Source: Dictyostelium discoideum (lineage: Eukaryota). From it: 64,000 nt of DNA. The stretch is from assembly GCA_000004695.1 (NCBI GenBank), contig CM000150.2, positions 1,312,001 through 1,376,000 on the forward strand, given 5' to 3'. Below are positions 13,279 through 30,457 of the stretch, piece by piece. Numbering within the stretch: position 1 is the first letter of the stretch; the number at the start of each line of letters is the position of its first letter. Position numbers and translations under genes: made by a program. The notes under the pieces were generated by a model. The model was not told the DNA's origin. It did no database searches and saw nothing but the letters and a program-made list of their open reading frames with translations.

Positions 13279-15597
13279 TTAATTAGTTGATGGACCAACA
13301 TAAGTAGTTTGCTCTTGAGTTTCAAATACTTTTTTATCGTTATCAAAGACTTTTTCAGTTGTATTTGTAGTTGTTGTTTCAGAAACATATTGAGTTGCAG
13401 TTTGTGGTTGATTTAAAGTTTGTGGAATAACCATAGATTCAGTTCTAGTTGTAGTGACTTGAGTTGGAATAGTTGAGGTAGAAGCGACATTACCAGTATT
13501 TGAATTATTTGCTCTATTACCAAGAACTGCTTTAGCAAATGATTCAACACTCTTTTTAGCACTTTCTTTTTTTATATTCTTTTTATTTTGAGCCATCTTT
13601 TGTTTGATTTCAGAGACACGTGAATTGAGTTTAGCCTTCATACGTAGACGATTTTGTTTAGCAACATGATATTTACCGACCATTTTGTAATCTGTTTCAG
13701 CAACCATCTTTGCGACTTGTTGAGCGATTGCTTTTTCAACCTCGAATTTTAATTTCTTTTTAAGGAGATTTGTAAAGATTTTATAGAGGAAAGTATGTTT
13801 ACAATCATAGAGATGAATTGAAAGATTATCCAAAATACAATAGGAATCCAAGATTTGAGTTTTTCTTTGAAGTCCATCTTTCAAGATTCTAACCTCAACA
13901 CCAACACGAGCACCTCTACCATCGACTAAAATATTTGCTAAACCTCTATCACGAATTTTTGGGAAATTGAATTTTTCAAACTCCCATGGTAAAGCATTGA
14001 TACGAGCACGAATTGAAGTGAGTTCAATCCAAACGATAGTATCTGGATCAATGATGGAGAGGGTGTATGGATCAGCATTGGTTTTATGCGAGATTTCAAA
14101 ATGAATATTCTCTGGAAGCAATTCAATCGATGAGAGATTGACAGCACCAATACGGTAACCTAAATTTCTATCAGGAGTTAAACCAGATTGTGGTGGAATG
14201 GTGATGGTTCTAAATTCTTCCAAAAGGAATGGAACTAATAACATCTTCAATTGACCAGCCATACGAAGGTTACCTTTGGCAGTATGAGTATTCAAATCAC
14301 TGAGTAAACTATTGAAATGAGTCCAAAGACGTGAATTTAATTCATCAGTTGCAATACCATCCTTGAGACGTGACGATTCTGCAGTGAATTTTTGAAGTGG
14401 TGGACTTTCTTTAGTTTCAACAATTAATGTCTCAGCCTTTGCATAAAGATCACGCATTGCTTTTCTATAGGCTGGATCTTCAATTAAATCTGGATTCTCC
14501 ATGAGTTCAATTGTAAGATTTCTAAAGTCTTGCATAAACACATTGTAACCTTGATTCTTTTTAATCTCTTCAAATGATTCACCACCATACTCGAATACCT
14601 TATCGACATCGGCCACTGATTTATCTTTGATAAATGATTGAATTAAAATCTTGAAATTTGAAAACATTGAATTGAAATTATCATTGGATTTGATGGTATT
14701 TAATTTACTAGCGGCATGTTTTGATTCAACTTCTCCAGTTGCTTTAACTTCACGTGACAATGATTTACTATTCAATACGAAATCATTCCATGCTGGACTT
14801 GATGATAATACTCTAAATACTTTATAGAAATTATCAAATACAATCTCTCTTTGCTCATCAACAAATTGAGAGTTTTTATCCAAAACTATCATTTGAAGGA
14901 ATTTACTTGCCTCTGAAAGGAATCTGAATATAGATTCACTACCTTTAAGATCAGTCACAACTTGGGTGGTGGAACGAACGATACCACGTCCCTCTGTACC
15001 CGTTGCCATCTTGACAATGGTGGTCTTCCAGTCTTCCAAGAGGACCTTAAGCTCATTATCATTGGAGAGATCGCCAGAGAATAGCTTGGCATCTTTGAAA
15101 AATCTGAGGAATTGTTCATCGGTTTTACGAGTTTCAACCATGAGGATTAGATCTGCCAAAATGTTCTTGACATCATAGATAACCTTTTTGGTTTGGTCAT
15201 CGGCTTTCTCTCTAAAGATACGAGTTTCCATCATTCTTTCCAAACTATTGTAATGACGTTTAAGTAACTCTAAATTGGTGACATTTGATGTAGCAGCTGT
15301 AATTGGAATACCATCTGGTCCTATTATTGGTGCTTGGACTACATTACGATCAAAGTTTCTTGCATAATCTTTACGATATTCATATCCACTAACTTTGTTA
15401 TTATTAAGTTTTGATTTAGATTCAACACGTGCTTCTGACATACTTCCACCTAACTTTGGTGAATTTGCATATACTGACTCCTTACCATGTTTACTATGTT
15501 TAACATGAGCTGGTTGATTAATTGAACTTGTATTATTTTCAACTGGATATCCTGAACTTGTATCAGTTTCAAAATATTCTCTACCTTTTGATTTTGT

Positions 15598-15600
<3 letters not shown>
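13279..15600 (-). CDS. Conserved hypothetical protein, 773 aa, apparently single exon; no family recognised
   Basis: Uninterrupted ORF with ordinary amino-acid composition (MTKSKGREYFETDTSS...FNFPKIRDRGLANILVDGRGARVGVEVRILKDGLQRKTQILDSYCILDNLSIHLYDCKHTFLYKIF...). Predicted mixed alpha/beta fold with an S/T-rich C-terminal tail. Confidence 0.7.
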
Positions 15601-15630
<30 letters not shown>

Positions 15631-16111
15631 CTAAATTTTATAAAATTAAAAAAAAAAAAAAAAATTAGTAATAAATTCGTTTATTAAATAATAATAAAAA
15701 ATAAATAATATAATATAAATATATAAAACTATTATTACTTACTTTTTTTTTTTTTTTTTTTTATTTTTTTTTTTTTATTGTTTTTTTTTTTTTTTAAAAT
15801 TGGATAAATAAAAAAAAATTATAAAAAGATTAATTAAAATATATTTTTTTTTTAAAAAAAAATACTAAATAAATATTATTGAGATTGATTATTTATTCGT
15901 GTGTTGTGTGACTATAGTTGGAGATAAAAAATATAATCAAATAAATAAAATAAATAAATAAATAAATAATTGGTATTTTTTTTATTTTTTTTATTTTTTT
16001 TTTTAGAGGTGGGTTATGTAGTACTAAAAAAAAAAAATATATAAAATGAGATAAATTATTATTTAATAAAATTGAATTTCAAATTATTCTTGAAAAAATA
16101 AAAAGATGCTC

Positions 16112-16153
<42 letters not shown>

Positions 16154-16718
16154 TTTTTTTTTTTTTTTTAAACAAAATTTTTTTTTATTAATTTATAAGT
16201 TTAAATATTGACTTTTTTGTTAAATCGTCTCCCACAAGATTGGTTTTTGTTTATAAGTTAATATAATAGGGTGCGATGAGGAAAAAGTAGTAGAAACCAC
16301 ACAGTCTAAAAAAAAACGATTTGGAATAATTTGGAAATTTTCATTTCTATATCTGGTTAGTTTCTTATGAGATATTTACTAATTAATGCATTATTTATTA
16401 AACACACTCTTTTTTTAATTTTACCACACCGTATGAATTTTTTTTTTTTTACACCATATTAAATAAATTAAAAAATAATAAAAAAATAATAAAAAAAATT
16501 AAACCCAATGGTGTGTGTTTTCTTTTAATTATTTATATTTTTATTTTATTTTTTTTTTTTTTTTTTTTTTTATTTATTATTAATTTTATTTATTATTAAT
16601 TTTATTTATTTTTATTTATTTTTTTATTTAGTTATTTTTTATATTTATATAAATTGTTTTTATTTATTTTATTTTTCCAACACAGGAAATAATTTTTCGT
16701 ATAAAAAAAAATAATAGA

Positions 16719-16749
<31 letters not shown>

Positions 16750-17297
16750 AATAATAAAAAAAAAAAAATAAAAAGGAATTAAGTTATTTACAAGCCAATT
16801 TTATTTTGTTTTTTTTTTTTTTGTTTTGTTTTGCTTTGTTTTTTTTTTTTTTTTTTTTTTTGATCTTCTAGATTATTATAATAAAAATGTTGGAGAACTT
16901 GTAATTCATCACTTTATTTTTAATTTTTTCATTTTTTCATTTTTTAATATTAATTTCGAGAATAAAGTAAGCGGTGACTGTTTATTTTTAAAAAAAAAAA
17001 AAAAATGAATATTCATTTTATATAAAACGAGATATATTTATTTATTTTTTTTTTTATTTTTTTTTTTTTCGACCTGTTTATTTTTTAAATTTTATTCAAA
17101 ATTGAGATATTTTTCTTCTTTTTTTTTTTAATAAAAAAAAAATAATTAAAAATAAAAAAAAAAAAATAAAAAATTATTTTTAATTTTCGTTTCAAATTTA
17201 AAAAAAAAAAAAAAAATTTGGATAAAAAAAAAGTTAAAAAAATAATTTCATTTTTTTTTTTTTTTAAACCTCTCTAAAACAAACAAATAATCTAAAA

Positions 17298-19157
17298 ATG
17301 TCAGCACCAGAAGGACCATCAAAATGCACTTGGACTCCAAATACCACTGAAAACACTCCACATACCACCAGAAGGTAATAATTTAAAAATAATAATAGTT
17401 TTCTTTTTTTTTTTTTTAAATATTTTAAAGGAAAAAAAAAAAAAAGATCATTTTTTAAAAAAAAAAAAAAAAAAAAACGAAATAAACCTTTTTTTTTTTT
17501 TTTTTTATAATGATAATAATAATATAATAATATTAAAAAATAAAATAGAATTTATTGGAAAAAAAAAAAAAAAAAAAAAAAAAGATTAAAAATCTGATCT
17601 TTTTTTTTTCTTTTTTAAATTAATTGTTAGAAATTTCAAATACTAATATTTTGTTTTTTTTTTTCAATCAATAAAATTTTTTTTTTTTTTTTTTTAATAT
17701 TATATCAAATTAAAATTAAAATGATTTAAAATTTCAGAACTCCAAAGAAATTAATTATGGATAATATTCTTGATAATATTGGTGGAACACCATTAGTTAG
17801 AGTTAATAAAGTTTCATCAGATTTAGAATGTGAATTAGTTGCAAAATGTGAATTTTTCAATGCAGGTGGTTCAGTTAAGGATCGTATTGGTCATCGTATG
17901 ATTGTTGATGCAGAAGAGAGTGGTAGAATTAAGAAAGGAGATACATTAATTGAACCAACCTCTGGTAACACTGGTATTGGTTTAGCATTGACAGCAGCCA
18001 TCAAAGGTTACAAAATGATCATTACACTCCCAGAGAAAATGTCACAAGAGAAAGTTGATGTCTTGAAAGCATTGGGAGCAGAGATCATTCGTACACCAAC
18101 TGAAGCAGCATTTGATGCACCAGAGTCACATATTGGTGTTGCAAAGAAATTAAATTCAGAGATTCCAAATTCCCACATTTTAGATCAATACGGTAACCCA
18201 TCCAATCCATTGGCCCATTACGATGGTACCGCCGAAGAACTCCTCGAACAATGTGAGGGTAAGATTGATATGATCGTTTGCACAGCCGGTACCGGTGGTA
18301 CAATCACTGGTATTGCCAGAAAGATCAAAGAAAGACTTCCAAACTGTATCGTCGTTGGTGTCGATCCACATGGTTCAATTCTCGCTCAACCAGAATCACT
18401 CAACAATACCAACAAGAGTTACAAAATCGAAGGTATCGGTTACGATTTCATTCCAAACGTTCTCGAACGTAAATTAGTCGATCAATGGATCAAAACCGAC
18501 GATAAGGAATCTTTCATCATGGCTCGTCGTCTCATTAAAGAAGAAGGTCTCCTTTGCGGTGGTAGTTCAGGTTCCGCTATGGTTGGTGCACTCCTAGCCG
18601 CCAAACAATTGAAAAAAGGTCAACGTTGTGTTGTCTTATTAGCCGATTCCATTAGAAACTATATGACCAAACATTTAAATGATGATTGGTTAGTCGACAA
18701 TGGTTTCGTTGATCCAGAATACAAAACTAAAGATCAACAAGAAGAAGAGAAATATCATGGTGCCACCGTCAAAGATTTAACACTCCCAAAACCAATCACC
18801 ATCTCTGCCACCACCACTTGTGCTGCCGCAGTTCAACTCCTCCAACAATATGGTTTCGATCAATTACCAGTCGTTAGTGAATCAAAAAAAGTTTTAGGTC
18901 AACTCACTCTTGGTAACTTACTCTCACATATTGCCTCTAAAAAAGCTGTCCCAACTGATGCTGTCAGTAAAGTTATGTTCCGTTTCACTAAAAATGAAAA
19001 ATATATTCCAATCACTCAATCAACTTCTTTAGCTACTCTTAGCAAATTTTTCGAAAATCATAGCAGTGCTATCGTAACTGAAAATGATGAAATCATTTCA
19101 ATTGTAACTAAAATTGATTTATTAACTTATTTAATGAAATCTCAACAAAAAAATTAA
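17298..19157 (+). CDS. cysB: Cystathionine beta-synthase (PLP fold-II domain plus tandem CBS domains), ~498 aa; exons 17298..17374 and 17738..19157
   Basis: Exon 1 is MSAPEGPSKCTWTPNTTENTPHTTR plus AG, with donor GTAATA (17375). Acceptor tttcAG (17736-17737). Exon 2 is (R)TPKKLIMDNILDNIGGTPLVRVNK...CEFFNAGGSVKDRIGHRM...PTSGNTGIGLALTAA...ILDQYGNPSNPLAHYDGTAEE...CGGSSGSAMVGALL...GQRCVVLLADSIRNYMTKHL... It is colinear with human CBS, including the CTW motif. Confidence 0.92.
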
Positions 19158-19238
19158 AAATAAAATAAAATAAAAAAAAAAAAAAGTAATATTAATAATA
19201 ATTATAAAAAAAAACTTGTTTAATGTTTTTTAATTTAT

Positions 19239-21035
19239 TTAATTTGGGTATGGACCCATTTCTTGCCAATCAAAATTAAAAGTTTCAGGTACACCAATAT
19301 GAGTTATATTTTGAAATAATGGTGATTGTGACCAAGTGAAAGGTGGTAAAGTACCACCATTTGTTGATGGACCAGATATTGCAGTGCAAGATAATGTTAA
19401 AACTTGATTAAAAGAAGTAATTTTTGAATCAACACCACCAAATGCAACAGCACTTCTATTACCATTTTCAATTGTTAATAGATCACCTCTTGATGAAATT
19501 GAATTCAATGGTGATGAATATGATAATGGATCAGTTTTATAGTTATTAAATTGCATTAATGATTTCATATCTTCAAAATTTAATACATCAGATGCATTAC
19601 GTGAAAATATTAAACTTCTTGGACATTTTTCATAAGAATATTGATATGATGGTGGTAAATCAGTTTTTTCAGAGTATCCTGAAATATTATAAATTGATTC
19701 AAAGTATGGAATATTATAAGATTTCCAATAACCTTGTTCATTTAAAATATTGGTTAAATCTGCTGTTTTAACTTGACCTGGAATTTGTTCAGCAATCCAA
19801 AATGTATTTGGAGGTAATGATGATGATGATTGTTGTTTATTTGGTATAAATAATTTATAATCAAATACCATCCATTGATTTTGATAAGTACCACTATTAA
19901 ATTCAGAGAATATTTTTACCCAATCACTTGAATTGGTTGCAATCATATTAGCAATCATTGCTCTTTGCCAAACTAATACTGATTGTGGAATTGTATATTG
20001 ATATAGTGATTCATTGTAAATGTTATTTGTAGTTTCCATAATTGCTAATTTATTACCAGTGATATAGAAATCATCTTTTGAAGAAATAAATCCTGGTGAT
20101 GAACTAAATGAAACTTTATATTCCATTGGTGTATCTTGAAAGTTGAATTGTAAATTTATAAATTTATAAATTCTTAATAATGCATAATAATATCTCCATG
20201 TTGTATGTCCAAAATAAACATCTGAATAATCTGGTAAAATTCTAATAAATCCTGAACAATCTGTTAATTCATCTTTAAAATTTGGTTTTATTGATGATAT
20301 TTTAATATTTTTATTTTTATTTTCATTTGTTGTTGAAGATGACGATGATGACGATGATGGGAATAATGTAACTAAAGTTTCTAAATCACCAGCAGATGTT
20401 AAAATATATAATTGAATTTCAGATAATTGTGGGAATGGTGATTGTTGATAACCATTTACTAAACCATCAAATTGAGACATAATTAAACCAGTTGAATACC
20501 AATATTGTGATGATCCATTATTTTCAAATACTTGATCTCTAACGAATTCCATTTGAGTATTTAAGAAATCAATTAATTTTGGTGATGGCGTATGATCTGA
20601 ATTTGTAAATTCTGAAGCTGCAAAATTATTATACATTTGATTAATTCTTTCACCAGTTAAAACCGATTCAATAAATCCTGTAAAATAAGCTTGTTCATTA
20701 TCACTAATTTGTATTGTTGCTGAATTTGAATTAAATGTTATATTCAATTCTCCCCAACCTGTGGTTTCAATCTTATCAAAATATTCTCCAATCATAACAA
20801 TATCATCAAATTCTTCATTATATGATGATTGTAATATTAAATTAAATTGTTCATTACTCCATACTAAATAAATTGAATTTGAACTATTGGTATAAATAAT
20901 TTTATCCACATTTATGAAAGGATAATTATTATTATTATTATATTTATTATTATTATTATTTTCACATAATATAAAATTATTTATAAATATTAAAAAAATT
21001 AATATTATAAAAAATAAATAATATGATTTAATCAT
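19239..21035 (-). CDS. Secreted phospholipase B-like (PLBD/LAMA-like, Ntn-hydrolase fold) protein, 598 aa
   Basis: Signal peptide MIKSYYLFFIILIFLIFINNFILC. It carries family motifs: DCSGFIRILPDYSDVYFGHTTW (candidate Cys N-terminal nucleophile), and the ...FISSKDDFYITGNKLAIMETTN... and ...IAEQIPGQVKTADLTNILNEQGYWKSYNIPYFESIYNISGY... regions match PLB-like proteins. A poly-Ser linker is present. Confidence 0.75.
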   Translation of the reverse strand: MIKSYYLFFIILIFLIFINNFILCENNNNNKYNNNNNYPFINVDKIIYTNSSNSIYLVWSNEQFNLILQSSYNEEFDDIVMIGEYFDKIETTGWGELNITFNSNSATIQISDNEQAYFTGFIESVLTGERINQMYNNFAASEFTNSDHTPSPKLIDFLNTQMEFVRDQVFENNGSSQYWYSTGLIMSQFDGLVNGYQQSPFPQLSEIQLYILTSAGDLETLVTLFPSSSSSSSSTTNENKNKNIKISSIKPNFKDELTDCSGFIRILPDYSDVYFGHTTWRYYYALLRIYKFINLQFNFQDTPMEYKVSFSSSPGFISSKDDFYITGNKLAIMETTNNIYNESLYQYTIPQSVLVWQRAMIANMIATNSSDWVKIFSEFNSGTYQNQWMVFDYKLFIPNKQQSSSSLPPNTFWIAEQIPGQVKTADLTNILNEQGYWKSYNIPYFESIYNISGYSEKTDLPPSYQYSYEKCPRSLIFSRNASDVLNFEDMKSLMQFNNYKTDPLSYSSPLNSISSRGDLLTIENGNRSAVAFGGVDSKITSFNQVLTLSCTAISGPSTNGGTLPPFTWSQSPLFQNITHIGVPETFNFDWQEMGPYPN

Positions 21036-21446
21036 TCTTTGGGTAAAAAAAAAAAAAGTGATTGAAAAAAAAAAAAAAAAAAAAAAAACTAATTTTATAA
21101 AATTTTATATTTTTTGATTGTGCAAAACAGTTTGCAATTGTTTTTATTATAAAAATTTTTAATCTTAATCTTTAAGATAAAAAAAATTATTTTTATTAAT
21201 TTTTTTTTTTTTTTTGTGATTTATTGGTGAAAATTAAATTTATTAAAAAATAATTAACTATTGCTTAGCACCTGAATTGATTTATTTTTTTTTAAAAAAA
21301 AAAAAAAAAAAACTAAAAAAATAATTAAAAATAAAGAAATGCTTTGCTAAAAAGAAAGTTGTATAAAATGATGGATAAAATCTTAACAAAAAGGTAATAA
21401 AAAAATATTTTATTGGCAATAGTGATACACTAATATTCAATTCCTT

Positions 21447-21490
21447 ATTTTATTTTATTTTATTTTATTTTATTTTATTTTATTTTATTT
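21447..21490. repeat. (TTTTA)n microsatellite, ~9 units
   Basis: Direct reading. Confidence 0.9.
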
Positions 21491-22448
21491 TGATGTTTTA
21501 ATTTTTTAATGTATTAATAATTTCTTTTTTTAATTTTATATTATTTTTGTTAGTATTTTTTTTTTTTTTATTTAAAAATATTAAACAAATATCAATTAAT
21601 GTATAATAAAAATTATAGTTACCCAGAATTTATCTTCTATAATTAAAAATTAAATCTATAGTTGGTGTGTTGTGTATATTTGTGTGCTAGTATTTGATAC
21701 TTACCATTTGAAAGACCTTTCTAGAATAAATATATATAACTATATAATTGTATTATTTATTTATGAATATTTTTTAATTTAAATAAAAAGGAATCATTTA
21801 GTGGTATAATATTTATCAGTAATCAAATATCTGTTCCATAATATCAACTTTAAGTTTGATATTAAATCATTTTCCTTTTTTTTTTAAAAAAAAAACATAG
21901 TACATAAAATGCACAATTATCTCTTTTTTTTTTTTTTTAATCTCTTATAAATGATTGGATTTATCTATATAAATGAAATATATATCGTTTTATAGAAAAA
22001 GTATTGGTTATTTTGAATAAACGAAAGAAAAAGATTAATCAATGATAAATTAATTAAATAAATAAGTGTTTTCTAATAAAGATATTTATAACTTATTAAC
22101 ATTGAAAAATCTAGCTATAGAATTAGCATATTCTTTATACTATTTTCATAAATTCATATACACACAAAAATACGAATAAATCTCAATTAAAGCTTGAAAA
22201 AAAAAAAAGAAAAGAAAAAAGTTGAAAAAAAAGTTTAAAAAAAAAAAAAAAATTGAAAAAAAAGTGAAAAAAAAGAATTTGGATTTAAATTACTTTGACC
22301 AAATTAATTTCAACCTTAAAAATCTCATACCTTTTAAATTAAAAATTAAACCCAAATAAAATAAAAATCTATTTTTTGAATTAAAAAAAAAAAGTTTGAT
22401 TTTGGATTATTTACAATATTTTTTTTATTTTTGTTGACTATTTTTTAA

Positions 22449-26114
<3,666 letters not shown>

Positions 26115-26148
26115 TGTTATCTATTTTTTTCATATACTATTATTAAAA

Positions 26149-26192
<44 letters not shown>

Positions 26193-26327
26193 ATATTAAT
26201 GTTAAAATTCATTCTCCCATCTTTTCCTGTAAACTTTTATTCTTGGTTTTTTTTTTTTTTTTCCAAACACTTTTTTTTTTTTCCAAACACTTTTTTTTTT
26301 TAAAAAACCAAAGTGAAAAACAAAAAC

Positions 26328-26358
<31 letters not shown>

Positions 26359-26858
26359 ATTTTAAAAATAAAAAAAATAAAAAATCCTCGTTGGTGATTC
26401 AACTTTGCTAAACCAAATAATTTATTATATTATGTAAAAAATAGAGATAATTACCTTTTTTTTTTTTTTTAAAATTATTATTTTTTGAAGTTTTTAAAAT
26501 TGATGGCCAATGTAAAAATTTTTACATAGTTATGTAAAAAAAAAAAATTGAAAAATTGAAAAAAAAAGTAAAAAAAAATAAAAAATAAAAAAAAAATAAA
26601 ATAAAAAATATCAAAGTAGTTCGGTTTTTTTTTTTTTTTTTTTACGTTATCAATTTTGACATTTTTATTTTTAAATCTTTTTTTAATTGTATTATTTGTC
26701 ACATTTTTAAAATCTGCCAACAAAAAAAATAAAATATAATTGTTTATTTTATGATCATTTATCAAAATATCTGAGGTTTAAATTTTTTTAAGAAAAAATT
26801 GATTTTAAAAGTTGATTAAATATTTATTTTGATTAGTTCCCTTTGATTTTATTTTATT

Positions 26859-26890
<32 letters not shown>

Positions 26891-27033
26891 CCAAATTGTA
26901 ATTTATTTTATTTATTTATTTTATTAATTTTTTTTTTATATTTTATATTTTTTTTTTTTTTGTTAATTTTTTTTTTTAATTTTTTTTTTTTTTTTTCAAA
27001 ATATTTTTTAATTTTAATTCCCACAAATTAACA

Positions 27034-27901
27034 ATGAGCGATTATAATAATAATAGTAATAATAATAATGAAAACGAACAAGATGAAAATAAAAATAATA
27101 CAATTCAAGAGATAACTGAACAATTTCTCACATTAAGATCTCTAAATGAAGGTTTAAAAGAAAAAAATCTTCAATTAATACATCAACAAGAGGTATCTGA
27201 AAATAAAATTGATACATTTAAAAAAGAGTTAGAAAATAAAACTGAACAGTAAGTTAACTAAAATAAAAAAAATACTAAAAAAAATACTAAAAAAAAAAAA
27301 AAATATACTAAAAAATATACAATACTTTAGAATAAATTCATTAGAAAATAAATTAGCGAATAAAGAAGAAGAATTAAGAGAAATAAAATATATAAATGAA
27401 GAATTATACAAGTGGAAAGAAACCCATAGATTAACAGATGATGATTATATAAAATTAAAAGATACAATTAGATTAAAGGATGATAATATTAGTTCACTAT
27501 CAATTCAACTAGAGCATACAATAAATAAAAATGCGTATGTATCACTTTATATTATTATTATTATTATTATTATTATTTTTAATATAAAATTAGATTATTA
27601 ATATTATTTATTTATTTCGTTATACCTATACACACACAGTATGTTAACAGAGAGTTTAAAAGAAGTTGGTGATAGAGGTAGTATATTTGAAAGAGATGAA
27701 AGCTTTAATATAAGCAGTGCAAGTAAACAATTATTAGATTATCAAAAAATGTTATCATATCATAAAATTAAATCAATAGAAGAGAAATATACAACAATTA
27801 AAAATATTAATTTGGGTTTACAAAAAGCAATTCAAGAACTTGCTTTGGAAAATGAAAAATTACGTTATGCATTAGTCAATATAGAAAAAAATGCTCTATA
27901 A
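27034..27901 (+). CDS. Small coiled-coil protein, ~226 aa, three exons: 27034..27248, 27331..27534 and 27640..27901
   Basis: Exon 1 is [71 protein letters not shown] plus CA, with donor GTAAGT (27249). Acceptor tttAG (27329-27330). Exon 2 is QINSLENKLANKEEELREIKYINEELYKWKETHRLTDDDYIKLKDTIRLKDDNISSLSIQLEHTINKN plus GC, with donor GTATGT (27535). Acceptor cacAG (27638-27639). Exon 3 is (A)MLTESLKEVGDRGSIFERDESF...LALENEKLRYALVNIEKNAL*. Heptad-rich throughout. Confidence 0.7.
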
Positions 27902-27948
27902 CTATTACTCTCAACTTAATTTATTCATTGTACATTTTCTATTCCTCC

Positions 27949-27984
<36 letters not shown>

Positions 27985-28012
27985 CAATTTTTTTCCTTAT
28001 TTGGATATCCAC

Positions 28013-28054
<42 letters not shown>

Positions 28055-28353
28055 CTCCAAATCAATCAATTAATAAACTTCAGTTTAAACTAAATAAATA
28101 AATCAAAAAAAACTAATAAACAGCAGTTTAAACTAAACTAAACTAAACTAAACTAAATAAAATAAAATAAAATAATTTGATTAATCCAATTTTGGAAAAA
28201 AAAAAAGAACAAAAATAAAATTAATTAAAAATAAATATTTATTTTTATTATAAAACTTAAAGCCCATTTTTTTTTTTTTTTATTTTTTTTTTTGGGATTT
28301 GCTTTAATTTTTTTTTTTTAATTTTTTTTTTAATTTTTTTTTTTTAATTTTTT

Positions 28354-28388
<35 letters not shown>

Positions 28389-28556
28389 AAATTTTTTTTT
28401 TATATTGTATTTTTAACACACCAAATATATATTTATATTTATATATTTATATATTTTTTTTTATTTTATTTTCACACCCTATTCTATATAAATTAATTTT
28501 TTTTTTTTTTAACAACAAATTAAAAAAAAAAAAAAAAAAAAAAAAATCAAGACAAG

Positions 28557-29435
28557 ATGGATGAACATTATGATGTTATTGTTTTAGGTACTGGTCTCAA
28601 GGAATGTATTATTAGTGGTTTATTATCAGTTGATGGTAAGAAAGTCCTCCATATGGATAGAAATGGATATTATGGTGGTGAATCAGCATCATTGAATATG
28701 AATCAATTATGGGAGAAATCACATGGCAAAGAAAAGAAAGCACCAGAGACATTAGGATCATCAAGAGACTACAATGTTGATTTAATTCCAAAATTCATTC
28801 TCAGCAGTGGTCTTTTAGTTAAGATGTTGTTACACACAGATGTTACACGTTATTTGGACTTCAAAGTTGTAGATGGCTCATATGTCTACTCATCAGGTAA
28901 GATCAACAAGGTTCCATCAACAGATACAGAAGCCCTCACATCATCATTGGTTGGTCTCTTGGACAAACTTCCATTAAGAAAATTCTTTATCTTTGTTCAA
29001 AACTATGAAGAAAACAATCCAGCTACCCACGATGGTTTGAACTTAAAAATCACCACTATGGATGCCCTCTTCAAAAAGTATGGTTTAAGAGAAAACATCG
29101 TAGATTTCATTGGTCATGCACTCGCTCTCTATCTCGATGATAGCTACCTCCAACAACCAGCTCATGATACCATCATGAGAATGAAACTCTATGCTGACTC
29201 TTTAGCTCGTTACAGTAAATCACCATACATTTATCCATTATATGGTTTAGGTGAATTACCACAAGCATTTGCCCGTTTATCTGCTATCTATGGTGGTACA
29301 TATATGCTTAATAAACCAATTGAAAATATTGTTTTCGATGAAGAAAAGAAAATTATTAAAGTTACATCTGAAGGTGAAGTAAGTATTTAATTTAATTAAT
29401 TAATTTATAATTTATTATTATTATTATTTTATTCT

Positions 29436-29526
<91 letters not shown>

Positions 29527-30081
29527 ACTATTTTTTAGACTGTAACATGTGATAAAATTGTTTGTGATCCATCATATTTCCCAAATAAAGTTCAAAAGAA
29601 AGGTAAAATTATTCGTTCAATTTGTATTTTGAATGGTCCAATTCCATCTGCTGATAAGAAATTTGAATCACTCCAAATCATTATCCCACAAAAACAAGTT
29701 AAACGTCAATCAGATATGTACGTTGGTGTTATGTCATCCGCTCATTGTGTCTGTCCAAAGGGTAAATACATTGCCATCGTTTCAGCCACTGTTGAAACCA
29801 ATGAACCAGAGAAAGAATTAGCACCAGCTTACGCTTTATTAGGTCCAATTCAAGAGAAATTTGTCTATATTTCTGATTTCATTGAACCAATTGCTGATGG
29901 TACTGCCGACAATGTTTTCATCTCAAAATCATATGATGCTACCTCTCACTTTGAAACCACTTGTGAAGATGTCATGGATATGTACAAGAGAATCACTGGT
30001 AAAGATTTAGTTCTCACTGTTCATCCAAATATTCTTAAACAACAAGAAGAAGCTGGTAACCAAGAACAAGAAGAACAATAA
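28557..30081 (+). CDS. gdi1: Rab GDP-dissociation inhibitor (GDI), ~454 aa; exons 28557..29378 and 29539..30081
   Basis: [46 protein letters not shown]...[39 protein letters not shown]...[40 protein letters not shown]...SEGE, then donor GTAAGT (29379) and acceptor tttAG (29537-29538), then [35 protein letters not shown]...[24 protein letters not shown]...*. It is near-identical in motif order to human GDI1/2. Confidence 0.92.
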
Positions 30082-30397
30082 AAAAAAAAATAAAAAAATA
30101 AAAATAAAAAAATAAAAATAAAAAAAATAAATAAATAATAATTAAATTATAATAATAATAATAATAAAAAAAAAAAAAAAAAAAAATTCAAATCATTTTT
30201 TATAAAAAAAAAAAAAAAAAAAAAAAAAGATATATATAAAAAAATAATAATAATAATTATGATAAAAATAGAATTTCTTAAAAAAAAAATAAATAATTAA
30301 TTTGTAATTTTCATCTTCAACACTTTTTAATTACTTTCACCCCTTTTTTTTTTTTTTTTTTATTTTTATTTTTATTTTTTTTATTTTTTTTCGTCCA

Positions 30398-30429
<32 letters not shown>

Positions 30430-30457
30430 ACTAAAACTATTCCACAAAATAAAAAAA

